From Bacteroidota bacterium (GTDB lineage: Bacteria > Bacteroidota > Ignavibacteria > Palsa-1295): a stretch of DNA of 64,000 bases. The position numbers were made by a program, and so were the translations under genes. Below the pieces are notes generated by a model. The model was given only the letters and a program-made list of their open reading frames with translations, was not told where the DNA came from and did no database searches. The number at the start of each line of letters is the position of its first letter. Positions within the stretch are counted from its first letter, which is position 1. The stretch lies in contig JAUZOQ010000006.1 of assembly GCA_030706385.1 (NCBI GenBank), positions 1,196 through 65,195 on the forward strand, in the 5' to 3' direction. This document shows, piece after piece, positions 39,390 to 49,896 of the stretch.

Positions 39390-40790
39390 ATGGCTGCATC
39401 CTCTAACAATTCGACGCTTCGAACAGCCTGGATATCGATCCTTGTAACAGTAGTACTCATTGCAGCGAAACTGGTGGGCGGGTTACTTTCAGGCTCTCTC
39501 GCCCTGATTTCTCTTGCCGCAGAATCGACTTTAGACCTGTTTTCTGTCCTCCTGACACTTTTTGCGGTTCGCATTACAGCGAAGCCCGCAGATGAAGAGC
39601 ATCTCTATGGTCATGGAAAATTCGATAGTATTTCTTCTCTTTTTCAAAGCTTACTCCTTCTCGGAATTTCAGTTTGGATTTTTTATGAAGCCACAGATCG
39701 GCTTCTACATCCAAGTTCGATAAAACTGTCAATAGACTACCTGACCTTTGGAATTCTCATCGGCTCATTTATTCTCGACATCTGGCGTTCCCGTAAACTG
39801 GATTCCGTAGGGAAGGAAGTGCGGTCGCAAGCGCTACAGACGGATGCCTTGCATTTTTTTTCTGACGGGCTCAGTGCAGCCGTTGTTTTCGTAGGTCTTC
39901 TCTTCTCAAAGTATCTGAAACTTGACGGAGCAGATTCCTATGCGGCTATTCTAGTTTCCGGATTTGTAGGAATCATGAGTATAAGACAGGGGAAGCACGC
40001 CCTCGATGAATTGACTGACAGATTTGCCCATACAGCGGATTATGAAAAAGTGTCGAAGGTTATTTCCGAAACTCCGGGTGTGATCGGTCTCGAAAAACTA
40101 CGAATGAGGCATTCCGGACCAATTCTATTTATTGATGCGGGGATCACGATCAACAGAGTTCTACCATTCGCTTCAGTCGAGCATATCCTGAGCGACATTA
40201 AGGCGGACATACAATTAGTATTTCCAGGGGCCGAGGTAGTTCTTCACCCCCATGCGGTCAAGCTCGAATACGAATCCACATTTGAAACAATTAAACTCAT
40301 TACATCAGAAGAGGGACTGCTGCCGCACAATATCGAATTGAGCAAGAATTCGAACGGGGAAGTGACGCTAGATCTTCATCTGGAGTTTCCCCCGGAGAGC
40401 AGTTTCTTGAATGCCCATGAAAAAAGCGAAGAAATAGAACATAAAATAAAGGCTCATCTCCCCTCTATTTCAAAAATTGTACTGCATTTGGAAGAAGAGC
40501 GTCCCGATTATGCCTTGACCACGGTGACTGATATCACTTCGTCGAAACAAGATCTTGCGGCAGAAATGACGGCAATGGTTCGCAAAGAACATCAGAGCGT
40601 TCGGGAGGTTCGCGATATTACACTACTTCAGTCAGAGCCGTTTAAGGAGATAAAACTTGCTCTCACAATAGTTCTTGAAAGAAATCTTAGTTTGGCTGCA
40701 GCTCACGAGATCGTAACCGATGTTGAAAAGACTTTGCGTAGGCATTTTGCATTTCTAGCTAGAATTGTGATCCATTCGGAGCCGGAATGA
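39390..40790 (+). CDS. Cation diffusion facilitator transporter with three C-terminal dimerisation domains
   Basis: KPADEEHLYGHGK, DALHFFSD; three H.EP-type C-terminal repeats. The longer ORF in the track overlaps the tRNA, so ATG 39390 is used. Confidence 0.9.
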   Translation: MAASSNNSTLRTAWISILVTVVLIAAKLVGGLLSGSLALISLAAESTLDLFSVLLTLFAVRITAKPADEEHLYGHGKFDSISSLFQSLLLLGISVWIFYEATDRLLHPSSIKLSIDYLTFGILIGSFILDIWRSRKLDSVGKEVRSQALQTDALHFFSDGLSAAVVFVGLLFSKYLKLDGADSYAAILVSGFVGIMSIRQGKHALDELTDRFAHTADYEKVSKVISETPGVIGLEKLRMRHSGPILFIDAGITINRVLPFASVEHILSDIKADIQLVFPGAEVVLHPHAVKLEYESTFETIKLITSEEGLLPHNIELSKNSNGEVTLDLHLEFPPESSFLNAHEKSEEIEHKIKAHLPSISKIVLHLEEERPDYALTTVTDITSSKQDLAAEMTAMVRKEHQSVREVRDITLLQSEPFKEIKLALTIVLERNLSLAAAHEIVTDVEKTLRRHFAFLARIVIHSEPE

Positions 40791-40871
40791 GACTTTATCG
40801 AATCCCGGCAAATCCACAAAAATATGCGACGGCCTTCTGTGTTTCGTATTTTTGTATTCTAATACATTTAT

Positions 40872-42629
40872 ATGATCCATACATTTGATGTTGTAATAGT
40901 TGGCGCCGGCGGAGCCGGTTTACGGGCAGCCGTCGAGATCCCTTCAAATTACACTTGCGCAGTATTAACCAAGGTTCATCCTTTACGTTCGCATACGGGA
41001 GCTGCACAGGGTGGAGTATGTGCCGCACTTGGGAATTTAGAGGAAGATAATCCTGAATGGCACGCTTTTGATACCGTGAAGGGATCTGACTATCTCGGCG
41101 ATCAGGACGCGATTGAGGTCATGTGTAACGATGCTCCTCGTGCCATCATCGAGCTTGAGCACATGGGAATGCCATTTTCTCGAACAGACGAGGGAAAAAT
41201 AGCTCAACGACCCTTTGGCGGTCATACGAAGCCGATCGATCGCAACGATCCCGACTCCAAACGTATTCCTGTCAAAAGAGCTTGTTATTCTGCGGATCGA
41301 ACCGGTCACGTAATGCTCCATACTCTCTACGAGAATTGTATCAAGAATAAGATCAATTTCTTCAGCGAGTATTTCGTGACGGAATTGATTTATGAAGATG
41401 GCATATGTAGGGGAGTTGTTGCAATCGATATACTATCAGGCGAGATCCAAATTTTCCATGCGAAGGCAGTAATGTTTGCAACTGGAGGAGATGGCCGTAT
41501 CTGGCGTATCACTTCAAATGCTCATGTAGGGACAGGTGACGGATTTATTTTATCATACAATAAGGGAATACCATTGGAGGATATGGAATTCATGCAATTC
41601 CATCCCACAGGCCTTTGGAAGCTTGGAATCCTTGTCAGCGAAGCTGCACGCGGTGAAGGAGGAATTCTGCGCAACAAAGATGGAGAACGTTTTATGGAGC
41701 GGTACGCGCCAACTGTTAAAGATCTTGCACCTCGCGATATGGTGAGTAGAGCCATTATTACAGAAATACGTGAAGGTAGGGGCATAAAAGGTTCTGATGG
41801 AACGAGTTACGTCGATCTCGACCTCACTCACCTTGATCCCAAAATAATAAATGAGAAGCTTCCTGAAATTACAGGTTTTGCCAGAACATATTTAGGTGTC
41901 GAGCCGACGAAGGAAGGAGTACCGATTCAGCCCACTGCCCACTACACCATGGGAGGTATTCCGACAGATATCGACGGCCGAGTCCTAAAGAATTCCAACG
42001 GCGAGAAGGCTGTCGGCTTCTATGCAGCAGGCGAGTGCGCTTGCGTTAGCGTGCATGGTGCCAATAGGTTGGGTACAAATTCACTTCTTGACCTCATCGT
42101 GTTCGGTCGCCGAGGTGGTAAAGCCATTGTTGACTTTTTGAAGAATGCAACATTAGCTCCGCTGCCTGCTGATTCCGGGGAGTGGACTCGGAAACGAGTC
42201 GCCGATCTCAAGAATCATCCAAAGGGAGAGAATTGCGCCGATATCCGAACTGAAATGCAGAATATGATGATGGAGGATGTTGGAATTTTTCGGAATGAAG
42301 AAGGAATGCAAAGAGCGATCAATAAGCTCGGAGAGTTGAAAGAACGCTATAAGAATGTTTCCATAGATGACAAGGGTACGCAGTTTAATACTGATGTGCT
42401 TGAAGCAATCGAACTTGGGAATTTACTTGATACGGCAGAGATCGTTGCAGTTTCCGGAATTAACCGAAAAGAATCACGTGGTGCCCATGCGCGTGAAGAT
42501 TTCACGGAGCGCGACGATGTGAATTTCCTTAAGCATACGTTTGCTACAAAAAATGCTAACGGCAAGATATCGCTCGACTATAAGTCTGCGACAATTACGA
42601 AATACCAGCCGAAGAAGAGGGTATATTGA
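40872..42629 (+). CDS. sdhA: Succinate dehydrogenase flavoprotein subunit
   Basis: GAGGAG, RSHTGAAQGG, QFHPT, HGANRLG, KESRGAH. Confidence 0.96.
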   Translation: MIHTFDVVIVGAGGAGLRAAVEIPSNYTCAVLTKVHPLRSHTGAAQGGVCAALGNLEEDNPEWHAFDTVKGSDYLGDQDAIEVMCNDAPRAIIELEHMGMPFSRTDEGKIAQRPFGGHTKPIDRNDPDSKRIPVKRACYSADRTGHVMLHTLYENCIKNKINFFSEYFVTELIYEDGICRGVVAIDILSGEIQIFHAKAVMFATGGDGRIWRITSNAHVGTGDGFILSYNKGIPLEDMEFMQFHPTGLWKLGILVSEAARGEGGILRNKDGERFMERYAPTVKDLAPRDMVSRAIITEIREGRGIKGSDGTSYVDLDLTHLDPKIINEKLPEITGFARTYLGVEPTKEGVPIQPTAHYTMGGIPTDIDGRVLKNSNGEKAVGFYAAGECACVSVHGANRLGTNSLLDLIVFGRRGGKAIVDFLKNATLAPLPADSGEWTRKRVADLKNHPKGENCADIRTEMQNMMMEDVGIFRNEEGMQRAINKLGELKERYKNVSIDDKGTQFNTDVLEAIELGNLLDTAEIVAVSGINRKESRGAHAREDFTERDDVNFLKHTFATKNANGKISLDYKSATITKYQPKKRVY

Positions 42630-43363
42630 TCATATCCTATTTTCGCTATAAATATAGGTATGGATTCCGCCGCTTCGGCATCCATACCTTTTTTATTACT
42701 GCTCTTTCTATTGCAGCGCCTGTGCTCGCGCAGCACACCGCGCGCGAAATTGGATTTTCTTTTGCTTATGCCGGGCAAGCTCCGTTCGTGACCTCCGGAG
42801 ACGATCAATCAAGTTTCTTCCGTCAGCCATTAATACTAAACCTCCGCTACCAGGTTGCCACCAACTATGTCCAATCACTCTCTGTCGTACTTGAACGTAT
42901 AAGTGAGGAACGCAGTCGATTAGGACTATGGAACGACGTGCCCAACTCTGTCAATGGCGCCTATAATGCCGACATTGCTGAAAGGCTGACTATGACAACA
43001 CTAGGGTTAGAAGGACTTCGTACGCTCATTCGAACGGACATTTTCCGTCTCGGAGTTGGTATCGGTCTTGGATATGGCTTTGGAGGCGCTACGGCATCGG
43101 TCAGGAAGATAACCGATGGGTCTCAGCAGACTTTTGAATCTTGTGATTCCTGGAATGGTTTTTTGATTTCAGTTTTTGCCAGGGGGCGAGTAACAGTGTA
43201 CTCAACAAATTCGCTCGATGTTGGTATTACATTGACCTCGAGGCTTTGGGGATTTCCGACGATTTCACCATTAACTGATTGCCAGTCATCCTATAATGGC
43301 CCATCTCTGCGAAGCGTTTTTGAAATTGGATATTTGGCGGGCGTTTCGGTCGGTTTAAAATGA
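42626..43363 (+). CDS. Hypothetical exported protein, probable small outer-membrane beta-barrel
   Basis: Signal-like segment ending VLA-Q; alternating amphipathic beta-strands; overlaps the sdhA stop. Confidence 0.5.
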   Translation: MIISYFRYKYRYGFRRFGIHTFFITALSIAAPVLAQHTAREIGFSFAYAGQAPFVTSGDDQSSFFRQPLILNLRYQVATNYVQSLSVVLERISEERSRLGLWNDVPNSVNGAYNADIAERLTMTTLGLEGLRTLIRTDIFRLGVGIGLGYGFGGATASVRKITDGSQQTFESCDSWNGFLISVFARGRVTVYSTNSLDVGITLTSRLWGFPTISPLTDCQSSYNGPSLRSVFEIGYLAGVSVGLK

Positions 43364-43364
43364 C

Positions 43365-46300
43365 CTACTCGGAGAATAATACTTCTGTTTGTACTGGTTT
43401 GGGACTTTCCGCCGCACCGGCTATACACAAGTCTTTTGTTGCATCAAAGAACGCGCATTCCGGACAATGCGATAGTCGGCGTTCAATAGATTCCAATGGA
43501 GTTTTCTTTTGCGATTTGATTTTGTCGACCAGAGATTCAAGTCGGTGACCTATTCCCGAAAAGTCGTCCTGCGTAAAAGTAAAAGAAAGCAGATTTCCGG
43601 AGCGCGTATACAGAACATGTGCCTTCACCACTCTAGAGTTATATACCTCGGAAACCAGATAGGCATAAAACCTTAATTGGAATTCATACCGTTTTTTCTT
43701 CTCCGCATTCTCTCTGACCTCTGTCTTGTAATCAAGAATATTCCATACTCCATCCCTGTCAAGAAAGAGCTTATCCACAATTCCCGAGAGCATTTGGCCA
43801 TTTGGAAGTCTTAGACGCAATACCAGTTCAGAGCTACTATGGCTGGAATTAAGAGCCTCCTTACCAAGAGGACTTGCGTACACGGTCGTTACATCGGCAC
43901 GTACGCGCTGCAAAAAAAGATTTATCTCATCTTCAGATAAATGGAAATCGTTGCAGACTTCGGTTGAAACCTCATCGAGTAATGAATGATTTAGAGAGTG
44001 ATCAATAATGAAGCTGTTAGATCGCTCCAGTACCTTGTGTACGATTTGTCCCAGCAGGCTGCCTTGCACATTTTCTGCCAAGTCGAATGGCTCATTGTAA
44101 TATGGCAGTCTGCTAGCTTCAGGTAGCCCTAATTGGTAACGAAGGTAATACTTTGTAGGGCATTCCAGGTAAGTGAGCAACTGGGAAGGGCTATACCGTC
44201 CAGTACTTTCTGATGGTTCAACCCCATCTAGATAAAAAATGTACTCTTGCCGAATTTCAGGGTTCGAGTCACTCCGATTGGATGAAACGAGGAAGTCCTT
44301 TTGGTTTCGGGCAACAGGAATGAAGAAGGAGATAGGTTCGGAATAGGTCTCTGAAGATAGTCCTTTAGCTTTGTAGCGAGAAATACTCGTTTTGAGATTC
44401 AGTTCGGACGAATCTTCTCCCGGCACTTGGCCCAGCGACTCAAAGACCCATCCAATCCTTGTATTCTTGTACTGTTTTTTCGGTGAAGCACTAAGTATGA
44501 GATGATCTCTGGCGCGGGTCATGGCTACATAGAAGATTCGTTTTTCTTCTTCGATCTCCCTTTCTCTAGCGCGAGTTTTAATAAGCTCTACAATCGCCTG
44601 CTTGCCAGTCTGTTCGGGAAGATCCAGTCCAAGTCCGAGTTCTTTATCCAAAGTAAATCGGATCCTGCGGGCATCACCGCCGAGGAGTTTAGAATGAAGG
44701 TATGGCAGAAAGACGACTGGAAACTCCAAGCCTTTCGCATTATGAATAGTCATTAAATGTACAGCGTTCAGATATTGGAGGGGTTCAGCTTGTGCCTCCA
44801 TTTCGTCCCGCTCCATTAGAAGGCTGATCCGCTCAATGAAGTCGTAGGTGCCCGAGTACCCATCTTTTCCAAAGGAAAGAGAGAGTCTCACAAATTTTTC
44901 AAGATTTGCAATTTTCTGATCACCATCAGGAAGAGATTGAAGTATCCCTAGTATTCCACTTTCCGATATGATCTTTTGCAATAAGAATTGAGTGCTTACT
45001 CTGCCCACAAGCAGCAAGTTTTTACTGATCTGATCGTAAGCTCGAATGAATAGTTGTCTTGGAGACTTAGCAATTGAGTCTGTTAGTTTCTGCCACATGG
45101 ATGATTCAGATGGCCCTTCGTGTGTCAGCCGGTAAAGATCCACATCAGACACAGCAAAATAAGGGGAGCGTAGGATGCCGGCAAGGGCGATGTCATCATT
45201 AATATTGATAAGAAAACGAAGATAATTTGTAATATCGACGATCTCAGATCTCGTATAGAATCCTTTCCCGCCATACGTAACAAAGGGCACACCATTAAAG
45301 CGTAGCTCCTTTTCGATGGCAGATTGATGGGTTCTGTTTCGAAGCAATATAGCGATATCTGAATATCGTGGGGGCCGACCAACACCGATATCGGGCACTT
45401 CACTTATTTCGTAACGATTCAAGGAATTCGTTATGATTTCCTTTATCTTCAAAGCAATAAGTTGAACTTCGCTTACATCGATGGATTCTTCTTCAGATTC
45501 AGAGGCATCACCATAGGTGGAGTGTGCTTCTTCCGTCAGTTCCGGCAGCAAGATTTCTACTGACCCTTCTTTCTCTTCATTTCTGCCTTCGATAAGCGGA
45601 AGAAACGTAGAGCTCCCGTGCGATTGAGATCCTTTCTTAAAGAGCAAGTCGGAGACCACGTTTATGAAGGCAACAGGATTGGCAAGCATGCGGAAGCTTT
45701 CCAAAAGTTGGACGGGGGAGTTGTTCTTGTGTGCAGCCGAAATTTCCTTTATTGTTTCAAAATAAAGTTCAAGATCTGCGTTTCTGAATGAATAAATGGA
45801 TTGTTTTGGGTCTCCAACTACCGTAAGTCTGTTTGAGCTCTGAAAATTGCTTGTGAGTGCTTTTGCGATCTGGTACTGTGCGGCATCAGTGTCCTGGTAT
45901 TCATCGATCAGAATATGTGCAAAGCGCGTCGATAGCTCGGCCTGAATTTCAGGCTGTACTACAAGTCGAAGCGCATATTCGATAACATCGTCATAATCTA
46001 GAAGGCTATACCGGATTTTCTGTTCGCGATAGTCTGAATCTACACGCAGAAAAATATCAAGGAGCTGACGACAGTAATTCAAAAATAATGAGGGATCGGA
46101 ACCTGATTCGTTGAGCGCAGCAATAAGGTTGCCAAACCGAATGAACGGTTCTACATAGCGCTCAGACTCGGTCTGAAACTGCTCTCGTGTGACTTTATTG
46201 AAAAGATTGCCATTAAGGGTTAATTCCTTTGTGTAGAATGCTCGGATGAGATCTACGTAGGCACGTATCTTTTCTTCAGTGGTTTCTGCATTAAGAATTG

Positions 46301-47045
46301 CAGCAACAGCCTCTTCTGCACGTTGCCGATTACTCCCTTTTGTTGTTTTTTCTTCGAGCAGACGCAAGAAGAAGGCTAGGTCAATTGTCGAAAGTATTTC
46401 ATTTTCGAGAACCGATTGAATTGTTTTATTCCATTGGCTGAGAATTGCAAGGTCAGATTTGCTGTAAAACGATCTTATGAGCTCGTTAACTCTAAAGCGC
46501 GAACCAAGAAACGAATGAACCAGAGATGCAACCTTCCTTCGGCCGAAAAGCCGGAAGACTGGTAGAAGCTTAGATTCCGGTGAATCGCTTGCATCATAAG
46601 CACCCTCTAAGATGGAATAGAAAGTGGCACGAAGGGATTCTTCCCGAAGCAGCTGGTCTTCCGGAGAAGTCAGGATGGTAAAGGAAGCATCGACATGCGC
46701 CTCAACTGGATAAGTCCGTAAAAGCTGAATGCAGAATGAGTGAATCGTGGAGATAAAGGCACTGCCGAGTTGACGCTTAATCTCGAGCAATCGGTAACGA
46801 GTGGGTTCCTCGCCAACTCCCGTGAGTCGCTCGTTTAATTCATCACTGATCTTTTTCTTCAGATCACGAGCTGATGCGTCCGTGAAAGTAATGGCGACGA
46901 CATTACGGGGATGCAATTCAGGATTCTCTAACAAGATCTTGAGGTATCGCTCGACAAGAACGCGAGTTTTCCCAGATCCTGCATTGGCAATAATTGCCGT
47001 ATGGCTGGTTAGATCGAGTGCCGAAAGTTGGGATGGGGTTAGCAT
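43365..47045 (-). CDS. AddA/UvrD-like SF1 helicase with C-terminal PD-(D/E)xK nuclease
   Basis: ANAGSGKT, STIHSF, IDEYQD, VGDPKQSIY.FR, TIHNAKGLEF, YVAMTRA, GIVD...LDYKT, QL..Y. Confidence 0.92.
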   Translation of the reverse strand: MLTPSQLSALDLTSHTAIIANAGSGKTRVLVERYLKILLENPELHPRNVVAITFTDASARDLKKKISDELNERLTGVGEEPTRYRLLEIKRQLGSAFISTIHSFCIQLLRTYPVEAHVDASFTILTSPEDQLLREESLRATFYSILEGAYDASDSPESKLLPVFRLFGRRKVASLVHSFLGSRFRVNELIRSFYSKSDLAILSQWNKTIQSVLENEILSTIDLAFFLRLLEEKTTKGSNRQRAEEAVAAILNAETTEEKIRAYVDLIRAFYTKELTLNGNLFNKVTREQFQTESERYVEPFIRFGNLIAALNESGSDPSLFLNYCRQLLDIFLRVDSDYREQKIRYSLLDYDDVIEYALRLVVQPEIQAELSTRFAHILIDEYQDTDAAQYQIAKALTSNFQSSNRLTVVGDPKQSIYSFRNADLELYFETIKEISAAHKNNSPVQLLESFRMLANPVAFINVVSDLLFKKGSQSHGSSTFLPLIEGRNEEKEGSVEILLPELTEEAHSTYGDASESEEESIDVSEVQLIALKIKEIITNSLNRYEISEVPDIGVGRPPRYSDIAILLRNRTHQSAIEKELRFNGVPFVTYGGKGFYTRSEIVDITNYLRFLININDDIALAGILRSPYFAVSDVDLYRLTHEGPSESSMWQKLTDSIAKSPRQLFIRAYDQISKNLLLVGRVSTQFLLQKIISESGILGILQSLPDGDQKIANLEKFVRLSLSFGKDGYSGTYDFIERISLLMERDEMEAQAEPLQYLNAVHLMTIHNAKGLEFPVVFLPYLHSKLLGGDARRIRFTLDKELGLGLDLPEQTGKQAIVELIKTRAREREIEEEKRIFYVAMTRARDHLILSASPKKQYKNTRIGWVFESLGQVPGEDSSELNLKTSISRYKAKGLSSETYSEPISFFIPVARNQKDFLVSSNRSDSNPEIRQEYIFYLDGVEPSESTGRYSPSQLLTYLECPTKYYLRYQLGLPEASRLPYYNEPFDLAENVQGSLLGQIVHKVLERSNSFIIDHSLNHSLLDEVSTEVCNDFHLSEDEINLFLQRVRADVTTVYASPLGKEALNSSHSSSELVLRLRLPNGQMLSGIVDKLFLDRDGVWNILDYKTEVRENAEKKKRYEFQLRFYAYLVSEVYNSRVVKAHVLYTRSGNLLSFTFTQDDFSGIGHRLESLVDKIKSQKKTPLESIERRLSHCPECAFFDATKDLCIAGAAESPKPVQTEVLFSE

Positions 47046-47056
47046 TAGTAGATTAC

Positions 47057-47614
47057 TCAGTCAATATCTTGTTCTTTCAACTTTGCTTCCAGGATCTTCA
47101 TTTCTTTTCCCATTTCTTCTAATTCTTTTTCTGAAAAGCCTGCTTCCGCTACTTCGAAATAGACAGTATCTTCGGCTAAAATATGCTGAAGTAGATTATT
47201 GATGATTTGAAACCCTGTATCGATAAGCCGCCGAACGGAGATGTGCATCGGAACGCGGTCATTCTCGAAATCACTTACAATACTACAGAACTCTTCGAAA
47301 TACGTTCGAAGATATTCGTGATCATAATTGAGGTAGAGGAATTTTATCCTTCCCTGAGGAACCAGCTTTTCCAGTCGAGGGAAAAAAACTTCCTCTTCTT
47401 TTAGTAGATGTACATTCAGATGCTCTCGAATATTTTCGCGAATTCTGAGCATCATCGCGTAATCACTTGTTGTTATAGATGCCCGGTATCCCTCTTTTTG
47501 AAGTCGTTCCAGAACGGTAAGGAGCGCGTTACAGGAAATCCGGAACGCCTCATGCTCATCAAGGAGTTGACGAACGGGGTTGCTGTAGGAACTAGCGGCA
47601 GTTGTTTCGTTCAC
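47057..47614 (-). CDS. Hemerythrin/HHE cation-binding domain protein
   Basis: LDEH, HLLKEEEVFFP, DHE and HILAED motifs. Confidence 0.85.
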   Translation of the reverse strand: MNETTAASSYSNPVRQLLDEHEAFRISCNALLTVLERLQKEGYRASITTSDYAMMLRIRENIREHLNVHLLKEEEVFFPRLEKLVPQGRIKFLYLNYDHEYLRTYFEEFCSIVSDFENDRVPMHISVRRLIDTGFQIINNLLQHILAEDTVYFEVAEAGFSEKELEEMGKEMKILEAKLKEQDID

Positions 47615-47663
47615 AATATAGTAAACGTCTTTTCTGAAAGGAGAGATTCATTCATCTTTACTC

Positions 47664-49238
47664 TTGTTAGTAGCAATCGTGAAAGCACAAGATAACCACA
47701 GTTTGATCGGGCAGTTGTTTATGCCTCGCCTGGAAGTCTCGAAATACGAGGAAGATCTTGAATACCGAAGGTCGATTGAGGACCTCATTGGGGAAGGGAT
47801 GGTCGGAGGATTTTGTGTCTTTGGTGGTACAGTTGAAAGTTTGCCTATTATCCTTGGTGAATTGCAGGCGCTTGCAGAGAAGTCGAGCCTCCCGAAACTT
47901 TTGATGGCCGCAGACTGCGAGTGGGGACTGCCGATGCGTTTGGATAGGGGCGGTACGGAATTTCCGCACTTGATGGCACTGGAGAGGATGGGAGACCAGG
48001 ATGGCATCAGGAAGGTGGCAGCTGCAATAGGAAGGGAGATGTCGGCCCTAGGGCTTCACTGGAATTTTGCTCCTGTTGCCGACGTCAATTCGAATCCGGA
48101 TAATCCGATAATCAATATTCGTGCTTTCTCCGGAGATCCTGAAGTAGTAAGCAGATGCGCGCAGAGTTTCTTTGAAGGCTTAGAGAGTGTCGGAATCATC
48201 TCGACAGCGAAACATTTTCCTGGACACGGAGACACCAATATCGATTCGCACTTGGCACTTCCGCTAATTGCAAAATCCCAAGATGAGTTCGACCAAACAG
48301 AACTTCTTCCATTCAAAGAGCTTATTAGCCGTGGTATTCCATCCATAATGACTGGCCACATTGCTGCTCCGAAGCTAGCGAAAAGTCTCGGTGCTTCAGA
48401 GGGAGAAATGACCCTCCCAGCAACAATTTCTCCCTATCTTACAGAACGGCTTCTTCGAAAGGAATTGCACTTTGATGGAGTAATTATCACTGATTCCTTG
48501 GAGATGCACGGACTTCGTACGTTGGTCGAGGATCCCGGCGAAATTGCAGTTCGAGCCTTTCTTGCAGGCGCAGATCTCCTGCTAATGCCTACCGATCCAA
48601 TTGCTGCTCATAAAGGTTTGCTGAAGGCCGTAGATGAAAAACGAATTCCGCTCGATTGGGTCAGTCAAAGCGTCGCTCGGGTAAATAATCTTCGGTTAAA
48701 ATATCTCAATGACAGGCCATTACATGCGAAGGTAGAATGGTTGATCCATGAGCAACTAGCGGACAAAGCAGGAATAGAGTCGCTTGAAAGTTTAGGTGAG
48801 GTTCCGAAACCACTTCTGCTTTCATCCGTAATCATTTTCGCTGCAGGTACTGAATCCGAGAAGGAAAAACGAGATATGTTGCAGGGTTTTTTCTTTTCCG
48901 AGCTGCCCGATCTCAGCGTTAATATTTTCATAGGCGGTTTGCCAGAGAGAATTTATCCTGTGGGGACATCGCCATTAATAGTAACACTTCATCGACCTAG
49001 AGGAGCACTAACGGCCGATCGCACGAGCGGATCGATCGATGCATCGATTCAAAAAATTGTTGACATGTTCATTCAGAAGCGGATTCAGCCTGCAGGCATT
49101 ATTGCTATCGGCGATCCCTATTCTGCTGATCGATTTCTTGACCTTAATCCCGGTTTCGTAATAAAAACCTACAGCGACTCAAAACCATCTATAAATGCTT
49201 TGCTGCAAAAGCTAGAAAGTAAGATACGAACAATATGA
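47664..49238 (+). CDS. Glycoside hydrolase family 3 (NagZ-like beta-N-acetylhexosaminidase)
   Basis: APVADV, KHFPGHGDT..DSH, ITDSLEM; start uncertain. Confidence 0.9.
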   Translation: MLVAIVKAQDNHSLIGQLFMPRLEVSKYEEDLEYRRSIEDLIGEGMVGGFCVFGGTVESLPIILGELQALAEKSSLPKLLMAADCEWGLPMRLDRGGTEFPHLMALERMGDQDGIRKVAAAIGREMSALGLHWNFAPVADVNSNPDNPIINIRAFSGDPEVVSRCAQSFFEGLESVGIISTAKHFPGHGDTNIDSHLALPLIAKSQDEFDQTELLPFKELISRGIPSIMTGHIAAPKLAKSLGASEGEMTLPATISPYLTERLLRKELHFDGVIITDSLEMHGLRTLVEDPGEIAVRAFLAGADLLLMPTDPIAAHKGLLKAVDEKRIPLDWVSQSVARVNNLRLKYLNDRPLHAKVEWLIHEQLADKAGIESLESLGEVPKPLLLSSVIIFAAGTESEKEKRDMLQGFFFSELPDLSVNIFIGGLPERIYPVGTSPLIVTLHRPRGALTADRTSGSIDASIQKIVDMFIQKRIQPAGIIAIGDPYSADRFLDLNPGFVIKTYSDSKPSINALLQKLESKIRTI

Positions 49239-49792
49239 AATTTAGCATCGCTGTGTTCATTTTTAGTCTTATTCTATGCAACAGCGTTAATTCCTGCAGT
49301 TCAGGAAAATCAGGCATTTCCGATACAGGGAAGAACTCGGTGCAGAACTCTAAAGCAGTATCTGCTCCAATGACTTATCGCTTCCATTTCGGTGCCTCTG
49401 GAACGGCCACAAAGCCACATGAAGAATTTTGGATCGATTCGACAGGGAAGATGACGTTCGATACTCGTCAGCACATGAAGAACGGGACATGGAAGACGCC
49501 GCGAGGCCTTTCGTACATTGAGCCACGAGATGAGGACACGCTGCTTTACTATATCAAACAGGATGCATTGTTTGATATTGATGAATCAGATGTATCACCT
49601 CAATGCCCTGAGGGGGAAAGCTTTGCTCTGAGGATCGCCCGGAGCGATCTGAAAAAAGAGTTAGCGATTATTACCAATACATGTGCTTCGGAATTCAACC
49701 TTCTCACCGGTCAGCAGCGCAAAATCTTTCCACCGTTTCTTGCATTCTTGAATCGTCTTCGAGATCGCTACCGTCCTCTATTCACAGATTGA
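49235..49792 (+). CDS. Hypothetical lipoprotein or exported protein
   Basis: Signal peptide containing Cys; ATGA overlap with the GH3 stop. Confidence 0.6.
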   Translation: MKFSIAVFIFSLILCNSVNSCSSGKSGISDTGKNSVQNSKAVSAPMTYRFHFGASGTATKPHEEFWIDSTGKMTFDTRQHMKNGTWKTPRGLSYIEPRDEDTLLYYIKQDALFDIDESDVSPQCPEGESFALRIARSDLKKELAIITNTCASEFNLLTGQQRKIFPPFLAFLNRLRDRYRPLFTD

Positions 49793-49896
49793 AAGGAGTT
49801 CAAAAGGATTTTCCGGCAGAAATCTTGAATTCTATTCGTAAATAATTGTGTTATAATTTTTCTTAAATATCAATTGTCATACCGACGTACTAAATA

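Noticed and set aside
39240..39390. tRNA as an integration site for a genomic island
   Set aside because: No integrase, and no repeat of the tRNA 3' end was seen in the window.
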